Shown: piece after piece, positions 1 through 9,651 of the stretch
Layout of the letters: the number at the start of each line of letters is the position of its first letter
Numbering within the stretch: position 1 is the stretch's first letter
Assembly: GCA_963706025.1 (NCBI GenBank)
Contig: CAVPLM010000018.1
Location: 1 to 28,179, forward strand
Direction: 5' to 3'
Length of the DNA stretch: 28,179 nucleotides
Source of the DNA: an uncultured Actinomycetes bacterium
Lineage (GTDB): Bacteria > Actinomycetota > Thermoleophilia > RBG-16-64-13
Notes under the pieces: generated by a model
The model's database searches: none
What the model was told of the DNA's origin: nothing
Seen by the model: the letters and a program-made list of their open reading frames with translations, nothing else
Translations under genes and position numbers: made by a program

Positions 1-57
1 GGCGTGCTCCGCCCTCTCAAGAGACGGGTCATGCGCTGGAGGAAGGTGGCCGAATGA
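1..57 (+). CDS. C-terminal end of an upstream gene, probably an ABC permease (partial)
   Basis: Frame 1 reads GVLRPLKRRVMRWRKVAE* to TGA 55-57. The basic ...RW tail is typical of SsuC/TauC-type permeases, and an ABC ATPase follows. Confidence 0.55.
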   Translation, partial: GVLRPLKRRVMRWRKVAE

Positions 58-90
58 GGCGGGTGGTCTGATGAGGCGGCTGGTCTGATG
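54..90 (+). repeat. 17-bp tandem duplication ATGAGGCGG(G/C)TGGTCTG x2
   Basis: 54-70 and 71-87 differ at one base; the ATPase ATG follows at 88. Confidence 0.9.
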
Positions 91-765
91 ATCACGTTCG
101 AGCACGTGAGCAAGGCTTTCGATTCGCTCAAAGTCTTGGACGATCTCTCGCTCCACATCGCCGCCGACCAGATAGTGGGGGTAGTGGGCCCGTCCGGGGT
201 GGGCAAGACCACCATCCTCAAGCTGATCACGGGCATCGTGCTACCCGACGCAGGCACGGTGCGTGTGGCCGAAGGCTCTGTGGGCTACGTCTTCCAGGAG
301 CCGCGGCTGCTGCCCTGGCGCACCGCCCTCGACAATGTGGCCGCCCCTCTGCGGGCCCAGGGGTTGGATAAGAAAGAGGCCCGCTCCGCTGCCGCCCGCT
401 GGTTGGAGCGGGTGGAGTTGGACGGCTTCGAGCACTACCATCCTGCGGAACTCAGCGGGGGGATGGCTCAGCGGGTGTCCATAGCCCGGGCCCTTGCGGC
501 CGAGCCCCGGATCCTCCTTATGGACGAGCCCTTCAGCAACATGGACGTGACCCTGAAGGGGTCGCTCATCGCCATCCTGCAGGGGATCATCAAGGAGCGT
601 CAGACGACTGCGGTGTATGTCACTCACGAGCTTACCGAGGCCCTCCAGTTGGCCGACCGGATCGTGGAACTCACCCCCGATCACCGGCTGCGCGAACTCG
701 ATCTGAGCGACCGCGGGGCGGTGGCCAGGGAATGGCTGGCGACGACCCTGGGCGGGCTGAAGTAG
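88..765 (+). CDS. ABC transporter ATP-binding protein (nitrate/sulfonate/taurine type)
   Basis: Walker A GPSGVGKT, FQEPRLLPW, signature LSGGMAQR, Walker B ILLMDEPF, H-loop VTH. Confidence 0.93.
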   Translation: MITFEHVSKAFDSLKVLDDLSLHIAADQIVGVVGPSGVGKTTILKLITGIVLPDAGTVRVAEGSVGYVFQEPRLLPWRTALDNVAAPLRAQGLDKKEARSAAARWLERVELDGFEHYHPAELSGGMAQRVSIARALAAEPRILLMDEPFSNMDVTLKGSLIAILQGIIKERQTTAVYVTHELTEALQLADRIVELTPDHRLRELDLSDRGAVAREWLATTLGGLK

Positions 766-772
766 TGACAGC

Positions 773-1477
773 ATGATCACCGTCGAAGAGGTTGTGCAGG
801 AACTCCGGTCCCGGCGCGACGAACAAGCTCTGGCCGGCATGGCCCGGTACGGGATCAAGGTGGACGACGCCTGCGGAGTGTCCGTGCCGGAGGTGCGGGC
901 TCTGGGGAAGCGGATCGTGAAGGAGCTGGGGCGACGTGATCCCGCCAGGCATGTCTTTGCCCTCGAGCTGTGGGATACGAGGATCCACGAGGCGCGTCTA
1001 CTTGCCGGCCTGGTGGATCTTCCCGAGATGGTCACCGAAGAGCAGATGGACACCTGGGTGCTGGGTCTCGACTCCTGGGATGTCTGCGATCAGCTCTGCA
1101 ACAACCTGTTCGTCTACACGCCCTACGCCTGGAAGAAGGCTCTCGAGTGGAGCAGCCGGGAGGAGGAGTTCGTCAAGCGGGCCGGTTTCGTTCTGATGGC
1201 GACCCTGGCGGTGCATGACAAGGAAGCGCCCGATGACCGCTTCCTGCCGCTGCTCACCGCGATCGAGCGGGAGGCCGCCGACGAGCGCAACTTCGTCAAG
1301 AAGGCGGTCAATTGGGCACTTCGGCACATCGGCAAGCGGAGCCCCTACCTACACGGACAGGCGGTGGAGACGGCGCGCCGCATCGCCGCATCCGGGAGCC
1401 GGGCCGGTCGCTGGGTGGCGTCCGACGCCCTCCGGGAACTGGAAGGCGAAGCCGTGCGGCGCCGACTGGGGTTGTGA
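773..1477 (+). CDS. DNA alkylation repair protein (AlkD-like HEAT-repeat glycosylase)
   Basis: Motifs MARYGI, LWDTRIHEARLLA, DSWDVCDQLC, DERNFVKKAVNWALRHIGKR. Confidence 0.9.
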   Translation: MITVEEVVQELRSRRDEQALAGMARYGIKVDDACGVSVPEVRALGKRIVKELGRRDPARHVFALELWDTRIHEARLLAGLVDLPEMVTEEQMDTWVLGLDSWDVCDQLCNNLFVYTPYAWKKALEWSSREEEFVKRAGFVLMATLAVHDKEAPDDRFLPLLTAIEREAADERNFVKKAVNWALRHIGKRSPYLHGQAVETARRIAASGSRAGRWVASDALRELEGEAVRRRLGL

Positions 1478-1658
1478 AGCCATACCCGGGTCGACCCTGC
1501 GCGTGATCGCAGCAGTCGCGCCTGGTGGGTACGCGCGCGGAGAGCGTGGGCGCGGGGTCTACCACTCACGCGCCAAGATTCAACCTCTGTTGTAGAGACC
1601 GCCGCGTCCCCTTCTCCTAGCATCGTCCCCATCGGAAACACGATCGTGGGGAGGAACG

Positions 1659-2114
1659 ATGTTCGAGAAACAGGCGTGGATGCAGCGTGCGGGCGAGTAT
1701 CCGCAGTCGGACCACGAGTATTTCAACCTGCTGGCCCGCGCGGTGTTCTCGGCGGGATTGGGACCCAAGGTGGTCGAGTCCCGCTGGAAGGAGATCGGCG
1801 TCGCCTTTCACGGGTTCGATCCGGCCAAGGTCCAGCAGATGGACGAGGCCGACGTGGGCCGGCTGCTCTCCGACCCGGCGGTCATCCGCAATCGGCGCAA
1901 GATCGAGGCCGTCATCAAGAACGCCGGTACCTTCCTGGAGCGGGCCAAGAAGCACAAAAGCTTCCACGCCTATCTCGGGAAACTGGGAGCGGCCACCGAT
2001 CTGGAGCCGGTCGCAGACGAACTGGCGCAGACCTTCACCCACCTGGGTAGGACCTCGGCCCTGTTCTTCCTCTTCAGCGCCGGTTGGCGCCCGCGCGAAG
2101 CGGCGGAGGGGTGA
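1659..2114 (+). CDS. DNA-3-methyladenine glycosylase I (Tag)-like protein, short form
   Basis: VFSAGL, AFHGFDPAKV, IRNRRKIEAVIKNA motifs; RBS GGAGG upstream. Confidence 0.8.
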   Translation: MFEKQAWMQRAGEYPQSDHEYFNLLARAVFSAGLGPKVVESRWKEIGVAFHGFDPAKVQQMDEADVGRLLSDPAVIRNRRKIEAVIKNAGTFLERAKKHKSFHAYLGKLGAATDLEPVADELAQTFTHLGRTSALFFLFSAGWRPREAAEG

Positions 2115-2272
2115 GGCGCGGGCGTTGAGGATGTCCGACGTCTCAGACCGGCCTCTCAGTGCGGATCGCGGGGCAAGGGCGGGCGGCGTGGGTTTGCCCA
2201 CGGGCCAAAATGGCTAGGAGAAGAGGAGAACGTCGGTGCCACTTCACCCGGTCAGAGGCGAAAGGGGGCCCC

Positions 2273-2542
2273 ATGGACCCGGAGATTCTTCGCGAATACG
2301 AGGTCAAGCTCGGCGACTGGCTCGCTCAGGGTTACCAGATCCTGGCCGACGATGTCGACGGCGAACTGCGGCTGACCGTTCACTACGTCTCCCGGGAAGG
2401 CGGGACGGGGAGCGAACGGGAGCAGGAGTACTGGCCCATGAGCGCTGAGATCGTCCAGATGTTGGCCGACAACGGCATCCCGATCTCGCGTGCGCTGGCC
2501 GGTCCTCGTCCGTGGGCGGGTCCTCACCCGGAGGAGGAGTAG
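2273..2542 (+). CDS. Hypothetical protein (89 aa)
   Basis: RBS-like AAAGGGGG before ATG 2273; plausible acidic globular sequence MDPEILREYEVKLGDW... Confidence 0.7.
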   Translation: MDPEILREYEVKLGDWLAQGYQILADDVDGELRLTVHYVSREGGTGSEREQEYWPMSAEIVQMLADNGIPISRALAGPRPWAGPHPEEE

Positions 2543-2686
2543 AGGACCGGATCGAGCTCGGCGGCGCAAGATCGTGCGGGATGGTATCTTTTCGCCTGCA
2601 CGTCATCACCGGGGCTGTGTCAGGACCGCGTGGGTCTCAGGGGGGCGCCCTCGCTGCCGGCCGGTCTTCAGGAAAGGAGAGCTCCC

Positions 2687-3868
2687 TTGTCTCGAGAAGT
2701 TGTGATCCTCAGCGCCGCCCGCACGCCCGTAGGGCGCTACCTTGGCACCTTGGCGGCGATCCCGGCCTCCAAGCTTGGTGCGATCGCGATCGCCGAAGCC
2801 ATCAAGAGGGCGGGCATCGACGTCACTGAGGTCGAAGAAGTGATCATGGGCAACGTGCTGCAGGCCGGACAGGGCCAGAATCCCGCCCGTCAGGCCTCTC
2901 TGGCCGCCGGCGTCCCCGAGGACGTCCCCGCCTGGACCCTCAACATCGTCTGCGGTTCGGGTATGAAGACCGTGCACTGCGCGGCTCAGGCCATACAGAC
3001 CGGCGACGCTGAGGTCATGGTGGCTGGCGGCATGGAGAACATGAGCATCGCCCCCTACCTGGTCCCGCAGGCCCGCCAGGGTTACCGCATGGGTGACGGC
3101 GTTCTGCAGGACGAGATGGTCCTGGACGGCCTGCAATGTGCCATCGGTCAATACCACATGGGCCTCACGGCCGAGAACGTGGCCGAGAAGTACGGGATCA
3201 CCCGCGAGATGCAGGACGAGATCGGTTACCGGAGCCAGGTGAACGCGGCCGCGGCTATCGCCAATGGCAAGTTCAAGACCGAGATCGTGCCGGTCGAGAT
3301 CCCCCAGCGCAAGGGCGACCCCCTCGTCTTCGACACCGACGAGCACGTCCGCGCTGAGACCACCCTCGAAGGGTTGGCCAAGCTCAAGCCCGCCTTCAAG
3401 AAGGACGGCACCGTCACGGCGGGTAACGCCTCCGGCATCAACGACGCCGCCGCCGCCCTCGTGGTCAGCTCGCGTGAATGGGCCGAAAAGAAGGGCATCA
3501 AGCCCTTGGCGACTCTGGTGGCCTACGCCACCGCCGCGCTCGACCCCGCCTACATGGGGATGGGCCCCTACTATGCGACTGGAAAGATCCTGGCGAAAGC
3601 CGGCATGACGCTCGACCAGATGGACGTCATCGAGGCCAACGAGGCCTTCGCAGCTCAAGCCGGCGCCGTGGCGCAGGAGCTGGGCCTCGACATGAGCAAG
3701 GTGAACGTCTACGGCGGCGCGATCGCCCTGGGGCACCCCATCGGGGCCTCGGGCGCGCGCATCCTGACCACCCTCATCCATGCTCTCAAGCAGGAGGGCG
3801 GCACCTACGGCCTGGCCACCATGTGCATAGGCGGCGGCCAGGGTATCGCCACCATCGTCAAAGTCTGA
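2687..3868 (+). CDS. Acetyl-CoA C-acetyltransferase (thiolase)
   Basis: TTG start after AAAGGAGA; [15 protein letters not shown] (catalytic Cys), [25 protein letters not shown]. Confidence 0.97.
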   Translation: MSREVVILSAARTPVGRYLGTLAAIPASKLGAIAIAEAIKRAGIDVTEVEEVIMGNVLQAGQGQNPARQASLAAGVPEDVPAWTLNIVCGSGMKTVHCAAQAIQTGDAEVMVAGGMENMSIAPYLVPQARQGYRMGDGVLQDEMVLDGLQCAIGQYHMGLTAENVAEKYGITREMQDEIGYRSQVNAAAAIANGKFKTEIVPVEIPQRKGDPLVFDTDEHVRAETTLEGLAKLKPAFKKDGTVTAGNASGINDAAAALVVSSREWAEKKGIKPLATLVAYATAALDPAYMGMGPYYATGKILAKAGMTLDQMDVIEANEAFAAQAGAVAQELGLDMSKVNVYGGAIALGHPIGASGARILTTLIHALKQEGGTYGLATMCIGGGQGIATIVKV

Positions 3869-3884
3869 ATCTAGGAGGAGTCAC

Positions 3885-4109
3885 GTGAAAGAACGCGTGG
3901 AAGAAGCGCTGGATCTCATCCGCCCCGCCCTGCAGAACGACGGCGGGAACGTCGAGTTGATCGACGTGGACGAAGCCGCGGGCATCGTCAAGGTCAAGCT
4001 GGTCGGGGCCTGCGGTAGCTGTCCCATGTCACAGCTGACCCTGCGCATGGGGGTCGAGCGGGTGCTGAAGGAGCAGATCCCCGAGATCACCGAAGTGGTG
4101 GCCGTCTAG
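3885..4109 (+). CDS. NifU/NfuA-family Fe-S cluster carrier
   Basis: IRPALQNDGGNVEL and GACGSCPMS (CxxC); RBS AGGAGG, GTG start. Confidence 0.93.
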   Translation: MKERVEEALDLIRPALQNDGGNVELIDVDEAAGIVKVKLVGACGSCPMSQLTLRMGVERVLKEQIPEITEVVAV

Positions 4110-4411
4110 GACTTGAGCCGAGTGACCATGCCGGTCGCCTCGTCGAACTCCTTCTTGAGGTAGGTCAGCTTCTCGGTTGCGGCCGAAAGGCTCTCGAGCC
4201 TTTCGGCCGTGGCTTTGGCTCTCAGCGATGTTTCCTCGATGCGAGGCCCTAGCTCCTGGACTCGGCGTGTCACTTCCCGCACCTGGTCCATGGAGCCGAT
4301 TCCGACCGCCTGTGCCGCCTTTTGCAGGCGTCTGGCTTGGACGGCGAGTACCACCAGCCCGGCGATGATGAGGGCACACCCCACGCAGATCATGATGATC
4401 ATGGGCCACAT
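4106..4411 (-). CDS. Small membrane-anchored coiled-coil protein
   Basis: N-terminal hydrophobic helix then heptad-rich helix; lies directly downstream of the NlpC/P60 gene on the same strand. Confidence 0.7.
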   Translation of the reverse strand: MWPMIIMICVGCALIIAGLVVLAVQARRLQKAAQAVGIGSMDQVREVTRRVQELGPRIEETSLRAKATAERLESLSAATEKLTYLKKEFDEATGMVTRLKS

Positions 4412-4420
4412 GGGCCCATT

Positions 4421-5656
4421 CTACCCGACCCAGGGCACTCCGATGCGTGGTTGTATGACGAAACGGCGAATAGCGGACAAATTCGTCCTCTGGCTCAAAT
4501 GGGAGATCTTGATCACGTCCCCGGTACGCGGGGCGTGGACGAAGAGGTCGTTACCCAGATAGATACCCACATGGTGGACCGGCAACCCGAACGCGAGTAG
4601 GTCGCCGGGCTGGATATCGCCCGGATCAACCGGGTAGCCCATCTGCGCCTGGTAGCCGGAATAGTGGGGCAGATCCACCCCGTGCTGCGCATAGACGTAG
4701 CGGGTGAACCCGGAGCAGTCGAAGCCGGTGGAGGGCCGGTCGCCCGCCCAGACATAGGGGATGCCCAGATAGGTGGCCGCCGTCTCCATGAATTGATTGA
4801 GGGTGAGGTCAGCTGTGAGGGGCAAGGGCCCGGCGTAGCGCTGGCCGCCGTTGATGAGGTTCTGCAGGGCCAGCCGTATCCTCTCCTGCTCCTCGAGCTG
4901 ACGCTGGCGTTCCTGCTCGATGAGCGCGGCGATCTGGCTGTCAATGCCGTTCAGGGCCTTCTGCCGCTCGTCCAGCTTGGCTTGGATATCCCCCCGCACG
5001 TCGTCGATCTGGCGACGGACCCTCAGCTGCTCGAGCTTGTGCTCGTCGATCTCCTTGAGGAGAATGTCAAGCTTGTCGGTGCTCTCCTGGAGGTCCTCTA
5101 CCATGTCCCGGTCCTGCTCGGCCAAGGTCGAGACCAGGCGTATGCGGGCGAACAGGTCTTCCACCCCGTCCGCGAGAACGAGCATCTGCAGGAGCTGGTC
5201 GCGACCCCCCGCTTTGTAGAGGGCGCAGATGCGTTCCTCGAACCTCTCCAGGCGCTCGGCGTGATCGGCCTCGGCATCCCTTAGCTGCCGGCGCAGGTCG
5301 GCCATGCTCACGTTCAACTGGTCGAGCTTCACCGACAGCTGGTTGTACGATTCGGTGCGCTGCTCCAGTTCGGTGTCGAGAGCGTCGATCTCGGCTTGGA
5401 CGAAGCCGGCCTGGATGGCCAGGGAGTCGACCTGGGAACTGACGGCTCCAAAGAGCTGGACCGGCTGGGTGTTAGAGGGCACCGCCGCTGCCGGGGAGGC
5501 TCCGAACCCGAGAAAGATGGTGGCGCCGAGAAGGGCGGACAAGACGAGGACGAAGGCGAAGGTGGAAGGGGTCGCGGTCCGGGCGCGTGCGCGGACATGG
5601 GCGGGCAAGCCCAAGCGTCTACTGCGAGTGTGGCTGGTAGCCATCAGTGCACGCAC
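4421..5656 (-). CDS. NlpC/P60 peptidoglycan endopeptidase with N-terminal coiled coil (RipA/CwlO-like)
   Basis: Signal/TM segment, long coiled coil, C-terminal YLGIPYVWAG, GFDCSGF, HHVGIY, HAPRTG. Exact start uncertain. Confidence 0.93.
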   Translation of the reverse strand: MRALMATSHTRSRRLGLPAHVRARARTATPSTFAFVLVLSALLGATIFLGFGASPAAAVPSNTQPVQLFGAVSSQVDSLAIQAGFVQAEIDALDTELEQRTESYNQLSVKLDQLNVSMADLRRQLRDAEADHAERLERFEERICALYKAGGRDQLLQMLVLADGVEDLFARIRLVSTLAEQDRDMVEDLQESTDKLDILLKEIDEHKLEQLRVRRQIDDVRGDIQAKLDERQKALNGIDSQIAALIEQERQRQLEEQERIRLALQNLINGGQRYAGPLPLTADLTLNQFMETAATYLGIPYVWAGDRPSTGFDCSGFTRYVYAQHGVDLPHYSGYQAQMGYPVDPGDIQPGDLLAFGLPVHHVGIYLGNDLFVHAPRTGDVIKISHLSQRTNLSAIRRFVIQPRIGVPWVG

Positions 5657-5955
5657 GACCCTTCTTCTTTTGTCTGCATCGAATTATCGGCAGCAAGCGG
5701 CAATTACTTGCGCGATTCGTCGCAATGCCGGCACGTCCTTCTTCTGACGCCTCATCATACTAGGATGTGACCGAGCGCGCCGGGCTCGTACCAAGGACGG
5801 AATATGGCGCGGCGGCGGGCAGCCGAGCGCTCTCAGATGGCGCGGGCGGCGCTGCCTTGCGCGTGAGGCGGACGCCCAGGAGCAGGCCGCCCAAGGCGGG
5901 CGGACCGGGCAAGGCTCCGCACGTGGGTCGTGGGCGGCCCCGCCCGCCGCCCCTG

Positions 5956-5964
5956 TGCTATACT
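5956..5964 (+). promoter_or_regulatory. Extended -10 promoter element for the tRNA
   Basis: TGcTATACT ending 15 bp upstream of the tRNA 5' end. Confidence 0.7.
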
Positions 5965-5979
5965 CCGTCACTCAAGCGG

Positions 5980-6056
<77 letters not shown>

Positions 6057-6060
6057 TCAC

Positions 6061-6092
6061 TAAAGCCCTGCAAATGCGCAGGGCTTTACTTC
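6061..6092 (+). terminator. Hairpin after the tRNA (terminator-like, at the island end)
   Basis: TAAAGCCCTGC-aaatgc-GCAGGGCTTTA followed by CTTC. Confidence 0.7.
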
Positions 6093-6261
6093 TATGTAGT
6101 GTCCCCAGAACTAGCCGTGATTCGGGGCAAATCCAACGACCTGCCAACGTACGGGCGGCAACAGGGCGGCACGAAACGGGCCTGAGACCATCGGGCGAAT
6201 TCTCCCCATCTTGTGCCGCGCAAATGACATCTTCCGGTGCGTCTAGGCCTGACCTTACACG

Positions 6262-6699
6262 CGGGATCTGGTCCTCGTCGACTACCTCCAACTTATGGAC
6301 ATCGGCAAGGATTCCCGGGTGGAAGGCACCACGCGTAACTCCCACGGCCTTAAGCGCCTTGCTAAGAAATACGGGTGCGCGGTGCTCTGTCTCTCGCAAC
6401 TATCCCGGCCCCAGGAGCGGGTGAAAGCCTACACGCCCGGGATCTTCGACCTACGCGACTCTGGAGCAATCGAAGCAAGCGCCGACCAGATCATCTTCGT
6501 CTATCGAGAGCGAGAGCCGGGCAACGAGACACCTCGTGACGATGGCGCCTTCGTCGTGGCCAAAGCCAGGATGGGCCGCACCGGCATGCAGAGCTTCGTC
6601 TTTGATGGAGCCACCCAGCAGTTCGAGACGAAGGCGGTCGCTGAGGAACGCGCTGCCATACAGGGCTGGAGCGTCTACCAGGGCGGAGGGGAGCCGTGA
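6262..6699 (+). pseudogene. DnaB-like replicative helicase, C-terminal fragment
   Basis: DLVLVDYLQL (Walker B, from 6265), LSQLSR, DLRDSGAIEASADQIIFVYR, AKARMGRTG; no Walker A or N-terminal half, with an in-frame stop just upstream. Confidence 0.88.
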
Positions 6700-6944
6700 G
6701 CGGTCGCCCACCTGCAACACCTGCAACACATAAAAAAAGGGACCCAGGCCTGGAGGAGACCATCGGTGACATCCGGGCCCGGGCTGGACGCCGGCGGCAC
6801 GGACGGATCTTCATCATCCTCGAACTGATCGAGGGTCGGGTGATAAGGCGTCGTGTTGAGGAGAGTGGGATGACGCAAGAGGACTACGAGCGACTGATGC
6901 AGGCGCGGCCATGGTCCCGAGAAGCGAAAGGAGGGCGGAGATGA
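6696..6944 (+). CDS. Small phage/satellite-like hypothetical protein
   Basis: GTGA overlap with the helicase stop and ATGA overlap with the next gene. Confidence 0.55.
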   Translation: MSGRPPATPATHKKRDPGLEETIGDIRARAGRRRHGRIFIILELIEGRVIRRRVEESGMTQEDYERLMQARPWSREAKGGRR

Positions 6945-7342
6945 TGCCGACCGCCGTGAGCGAGCAGTTTGAGGCCGAGCTGCACTCTCGTGTGGAAAGC
7001 ACGGACGACGAGATGCGCCACCTGCGCGCGGAAAACGAGCGGCTACGGCGCAGGGCCGACGCCTTCGAGAAGAAGGGCGGTCGCAAATGGCGGCTGGCGT
7101 CACAGGACGAGGTGAGGGCGGCGGTCGGGGACTACGTGGCCGCGCGGGCGGCATTCCTACAGGCGCGGGACGACCTGCTGGCGCTCATGGTACAGGGGCG
7201 GGCGGCGTACTTGTACCCGATCAGGGAGTGCGTCTTCTGCCGCATGCCGTTTCAGCCCCGGACCAACAAGCAGAGGTATTGCAGCTCCAAGTGCCGGGTG
7301 CTCAAGGATGCCCGCCAGCGGGCATTGATGGACCGACGATAG
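6941..7342 (+). CDS. Phage-like protein with coiled coil and C-terminal Zn finger
   Basis: RBS AAGGAGGG; C-terminal CVFC...QRYCSSKC motif. Confidence 0.75.
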   Translation: MMPTAVSEQFEAELHSRVESTDDEMRHLRAENERLRRRADAFEKKGGRKWRLASQDEVRAAVGDYVAARAAFLQARDDLLALMVQGRAAYLYPIRECVFCRMPFQPRTNKQRYCSSKCRVLKDARQRALMDRR

Positions 7343-7398
7343 GAAATGCGCTTGGCCTGACGGTCCGGTCGACGATTCCTATTGTCATCGTGCCGCAT

Positions 7399-7523
7399 AA
7401 ACGGTCCCGGGGGTTCAAATCCCCCTTCCGCTCAAGAAAGCCACGAACGGCTTGTTGAGACCCGGTTCCGAGGGCCGGGTTCTCGCCTCTTTCGGGCCTG
7501 GTCGGGGGCAAACTGGACGGCAG
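7399..7523 (+). repeat. tRNA-Ser-like att repeat R1
   Basis: CGGTCCCGGGGGTTCAAATCCCCCTTCCGC-tcaa-GAAAGCCACGAACGGC...GACCCGG..CCGGGTT...TCGGGGGCAAAC; aligns over its length with R2. Confidence 0.85.
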
Positions 7524-7776
7524 AGAACGAACCCAGACGCCAGGTGATGAGTCGAAACGGACGCCGGTGCGCCGGTCGGCTGGAGTCTCAATACCCGACC
7601 TCCCTGCTGTCGTCTGTGCATGGCAACGAGGCTCTGCGGGTACTCCTGCATTACAGATTGGCTCCGAGCGGCCCCACTTGTCGGTCGTGGCTCTCATTTC
7701 GCCGCTCGACCCCATGATTGCTGTCGCCTGGACGGCGGACTTAGCGACAAACGGCGTGTCCTGGGGAGGTAGCGCG

Positions 7777-9012
7777 ATGGAACGTCTCGACGTCATGGTC
7801 GTAGGTGCCGGACAGGCGGGCTTGGCATTAAGTCACGAGCTGACCGCTGCTGGGGTGGAACACGCTGTGCTCGAGCGCGGCCGCGTTGGAGAGACGTGGC
7901 GGCACCGTTGGGATACCTTCTGCCTGGTCACCCCCAACTGGACCGTGCAGTTGCCCGGCCACCCATACCGCGGGGCCGATCCCGACGGCTTCATGCTGCG
8001 CAATGAGATCGTCTCCACCTTGGAAGACTACGCCGCCGGCTTCGAGGCTCCGGTTCGGGAAGGCGTCCTGGTCACCGGAATCGAGTCGATACCCGAGGGA
8101 GGCTTCATTGTACACACGGCGGCCGGGGACTTCAGCAGCCGCGCCCTCGTGCTCGCTAACGGCGCCTTCCAGCGGCCGCACCGGCCTGCGGCGGCTGACA
8201 CGCTGCCCCCCGATCTACCGCAACTGGATGTCACGAGCTATCAGAATGAAGGCATCCTGCCGCCCGGCAAGGTGCTGGTCGTCGGCAGTGGCCAGTCCGG
8301 CGCCCAGATCAGCGAGGAGTTGCGTGAGGCAGGGCGCGAGGTGGTCCTAGCCTGCGGCAAGGCGGCCTGGGTCCCGCGTCGTCTGGGCGATCGAGATATC
8401 GTCTGGTGGCTGGACAAGGTGGGTTTCTTCGAGCACACGCTGGAGTCACTGCCCAGCCCGGCCGCGCGTCTCACCCCCAACCCCATGGCTACCGGTCATG
8501 GCGGCGGCCACGACCTGCACCTGCGCACGCTCCAAGCTATGGGGGTCACCCTCACCGGGCATTTCCTGGGGGCGGAGAACGGCTTCGCCCACTTCGCGCC
8601 GGATCTCGAGGAAAGCGTCGCCTGGGGGGATGAGCGCCGCCACGAGCTGATGAGTGTGTGCGAGCGGTTTGCCGCGGAGCAGGGATTGGCTATGCCTCCC
8701 ATGGACGAGCCGAAAGCCTTCCGTGCCCATGCACCCGAACGGCTGGATCTCTCTGACTTCGGCGCTGTCATCTTCGCCGGTGGCTTCCGCCCCGACTACC
8801 GGTCCTGGCTTCCGTGGCCCGACGCGTTCGATGAACTCGGCTTCCCCTTACAGCGAGATGGCGTGAGCAGTGTCGTCCCCGGGCTGTTCTTCATGGGCGT
8901 CCATTTCCTGCGTACTCGGAAGTCCTCGCTCCTCTTCGGGGTGGGCGAGGACGCCGCCATCGTCGCCAGCCATATCGGTGACTTCCTCGCAAATGGACAA
9001 CCCAAGAGGTAG
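7777..9012 (+). CDS. Flavin-containing monooxygenase family (FAD/NAD(P)-dependent oxidoreductase)
   Basis: RBS GGAGGT; GAGQAG (FAD), WRHRWDTFCLVTPNW, GSGQSG (NADPH), AGGFRPD, GVGEDA. Confidence 0.9.
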   Translation: MERLDVMVVGAGQAGLALSHELTAAGVEHAVLERGRVGETWRHRWDTFCLVTPNWTVQLPGHPYRGADPDGFMLRNEIVSTLEDYAAGFEAPVREGVLVTGIESIPEGGFIVHTAAGDFSSRALVLANGAFQRPHRPAAADTLPPDLPQLDVTSYQNEGILPPGKVLVVGSGQSGAQISEELREAGREVVLACGKAAWVPRRLGDRDIVWWLDKVGFFEHTLESLPSPAARLTPNPMATGHGGGHDLHLRTLQAMGVTLTGHFLGAENGFAHFAPDLEESVAWGDERRHELMSVCERFAAEQGLAMPPMDEPKAFRAHAPERLDLSDFGAVIFAGGFRPDYRSWLPWPDAFDELGFPLQRDGVSSVVPGLFFMGVHFLRTRKSSLLFGVGEDAAIVASHIGDFLANGQPKR

Positions 9013-9019
9013 CACGGGA

Positions 9020-9162
9020 ACTGCGCAAGCGGTACCGGGAGTTCGAATCCCCTCTCCGCCTAGGAAAGCCAAGAATGGCGGGTCGGGACCCGGTCCGAAA
9101 AGCCGGGTTTTCGCGTCTTTTGGGCGAGTTCGGTGGCAACTCGGTGGCAAAGTCAACGGCAA
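9020..9162 (+). repeat. tRNA-Ser-like att repeat R2 (best-preserved copy)
   Basis: Variable-arm hairpin ACTGC-GCAA-GCGGT, T-arm GGGAG-TTCGAAT-CCCC, 3' TCTCCGCC, hairpin ACCCGG/CCGGGT, then TCGGTGGCAA at 9130-9139 and 9141-9150. Confidence 0.9.
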
Positions 9163-9437
9163 GTATGGGTGCGAGACGGATGCGAACGCACTAGATCACA
9201 AGACGCTCTCCCCTACGGCTTCGTCTATCGACATCGCTTCGATTGACCCAGAGTCGAGTCGGCCTATACTGGAGCCATACGGGGAGCGAGTCAGTCTCCC
9301 CCACGTAGCTCGCCGGCCGCCGGATGGGAGCCTCGCGCAAGTCCCCACCTACGCCGAGCCGCAGTGATGCGGACCGACCAGGATTCATGGGTCGAAGTAG
9401 GCGGGAGGCATGCGAACGACGTGATGGAGCAGGGGAA

Positions 9438-9650
9438 ATGTGGGTGTTAGTCCTTCTGGTCGTAGGGATAACCTTCTGCGCGGAAACCGTCATAGGTGTC
9501 GCGCTCCACGTGCGGTCGAGCCGAAAGGCAAAGAGGATGAGCATCGCCGAATACCTGGACCAGGGAAGGGTCGGAGCGACCACTCGTGGGGAGAAGCCAG
9601 ATGCGGATCGCCCAAGTCCGGTTCCTGGACCAACAGCCTGGAAACAATGA
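9438..9650 (+). CDS. Small single-pass membrane protein (70 aa)
   Basis: ATG after GGAGCAGGGG; hydrophobic N-terminus MWVLVLLVVGITFCAETVIGVAL; stop abuts R3. Confidence 0.55.
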   Translation: MWVLVLLVVGITFCAETVIGVALHVRSSRKAKRMSIAEYLDQGRVGATTRGEKPDADRPSPVPGPTAWKQ

Positions 9651-9651
9651 G

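Noticed and set aside
2606-3781. Long antisense ORF opposite the thiolase, and similar shadow ORFs throughout
   Set aside because: Typical high-GC codon-bias shadows of well-supported genes, with no independent motifs.
5657-5950. c-di-AMP (ydaO) riboswitch upstream of the NlpC/P60 gene
   Set aside because: Expected by context in actinobacteria, but the conserved motifs were not seen.
9020-9060. Functional tRNA-Ser genes at R1, R2, R4, R5
   Set aside because: Only the variable arm, T-arm and 3' acceptor strand are present; there is no D-arm, anticodon arm or CCA.
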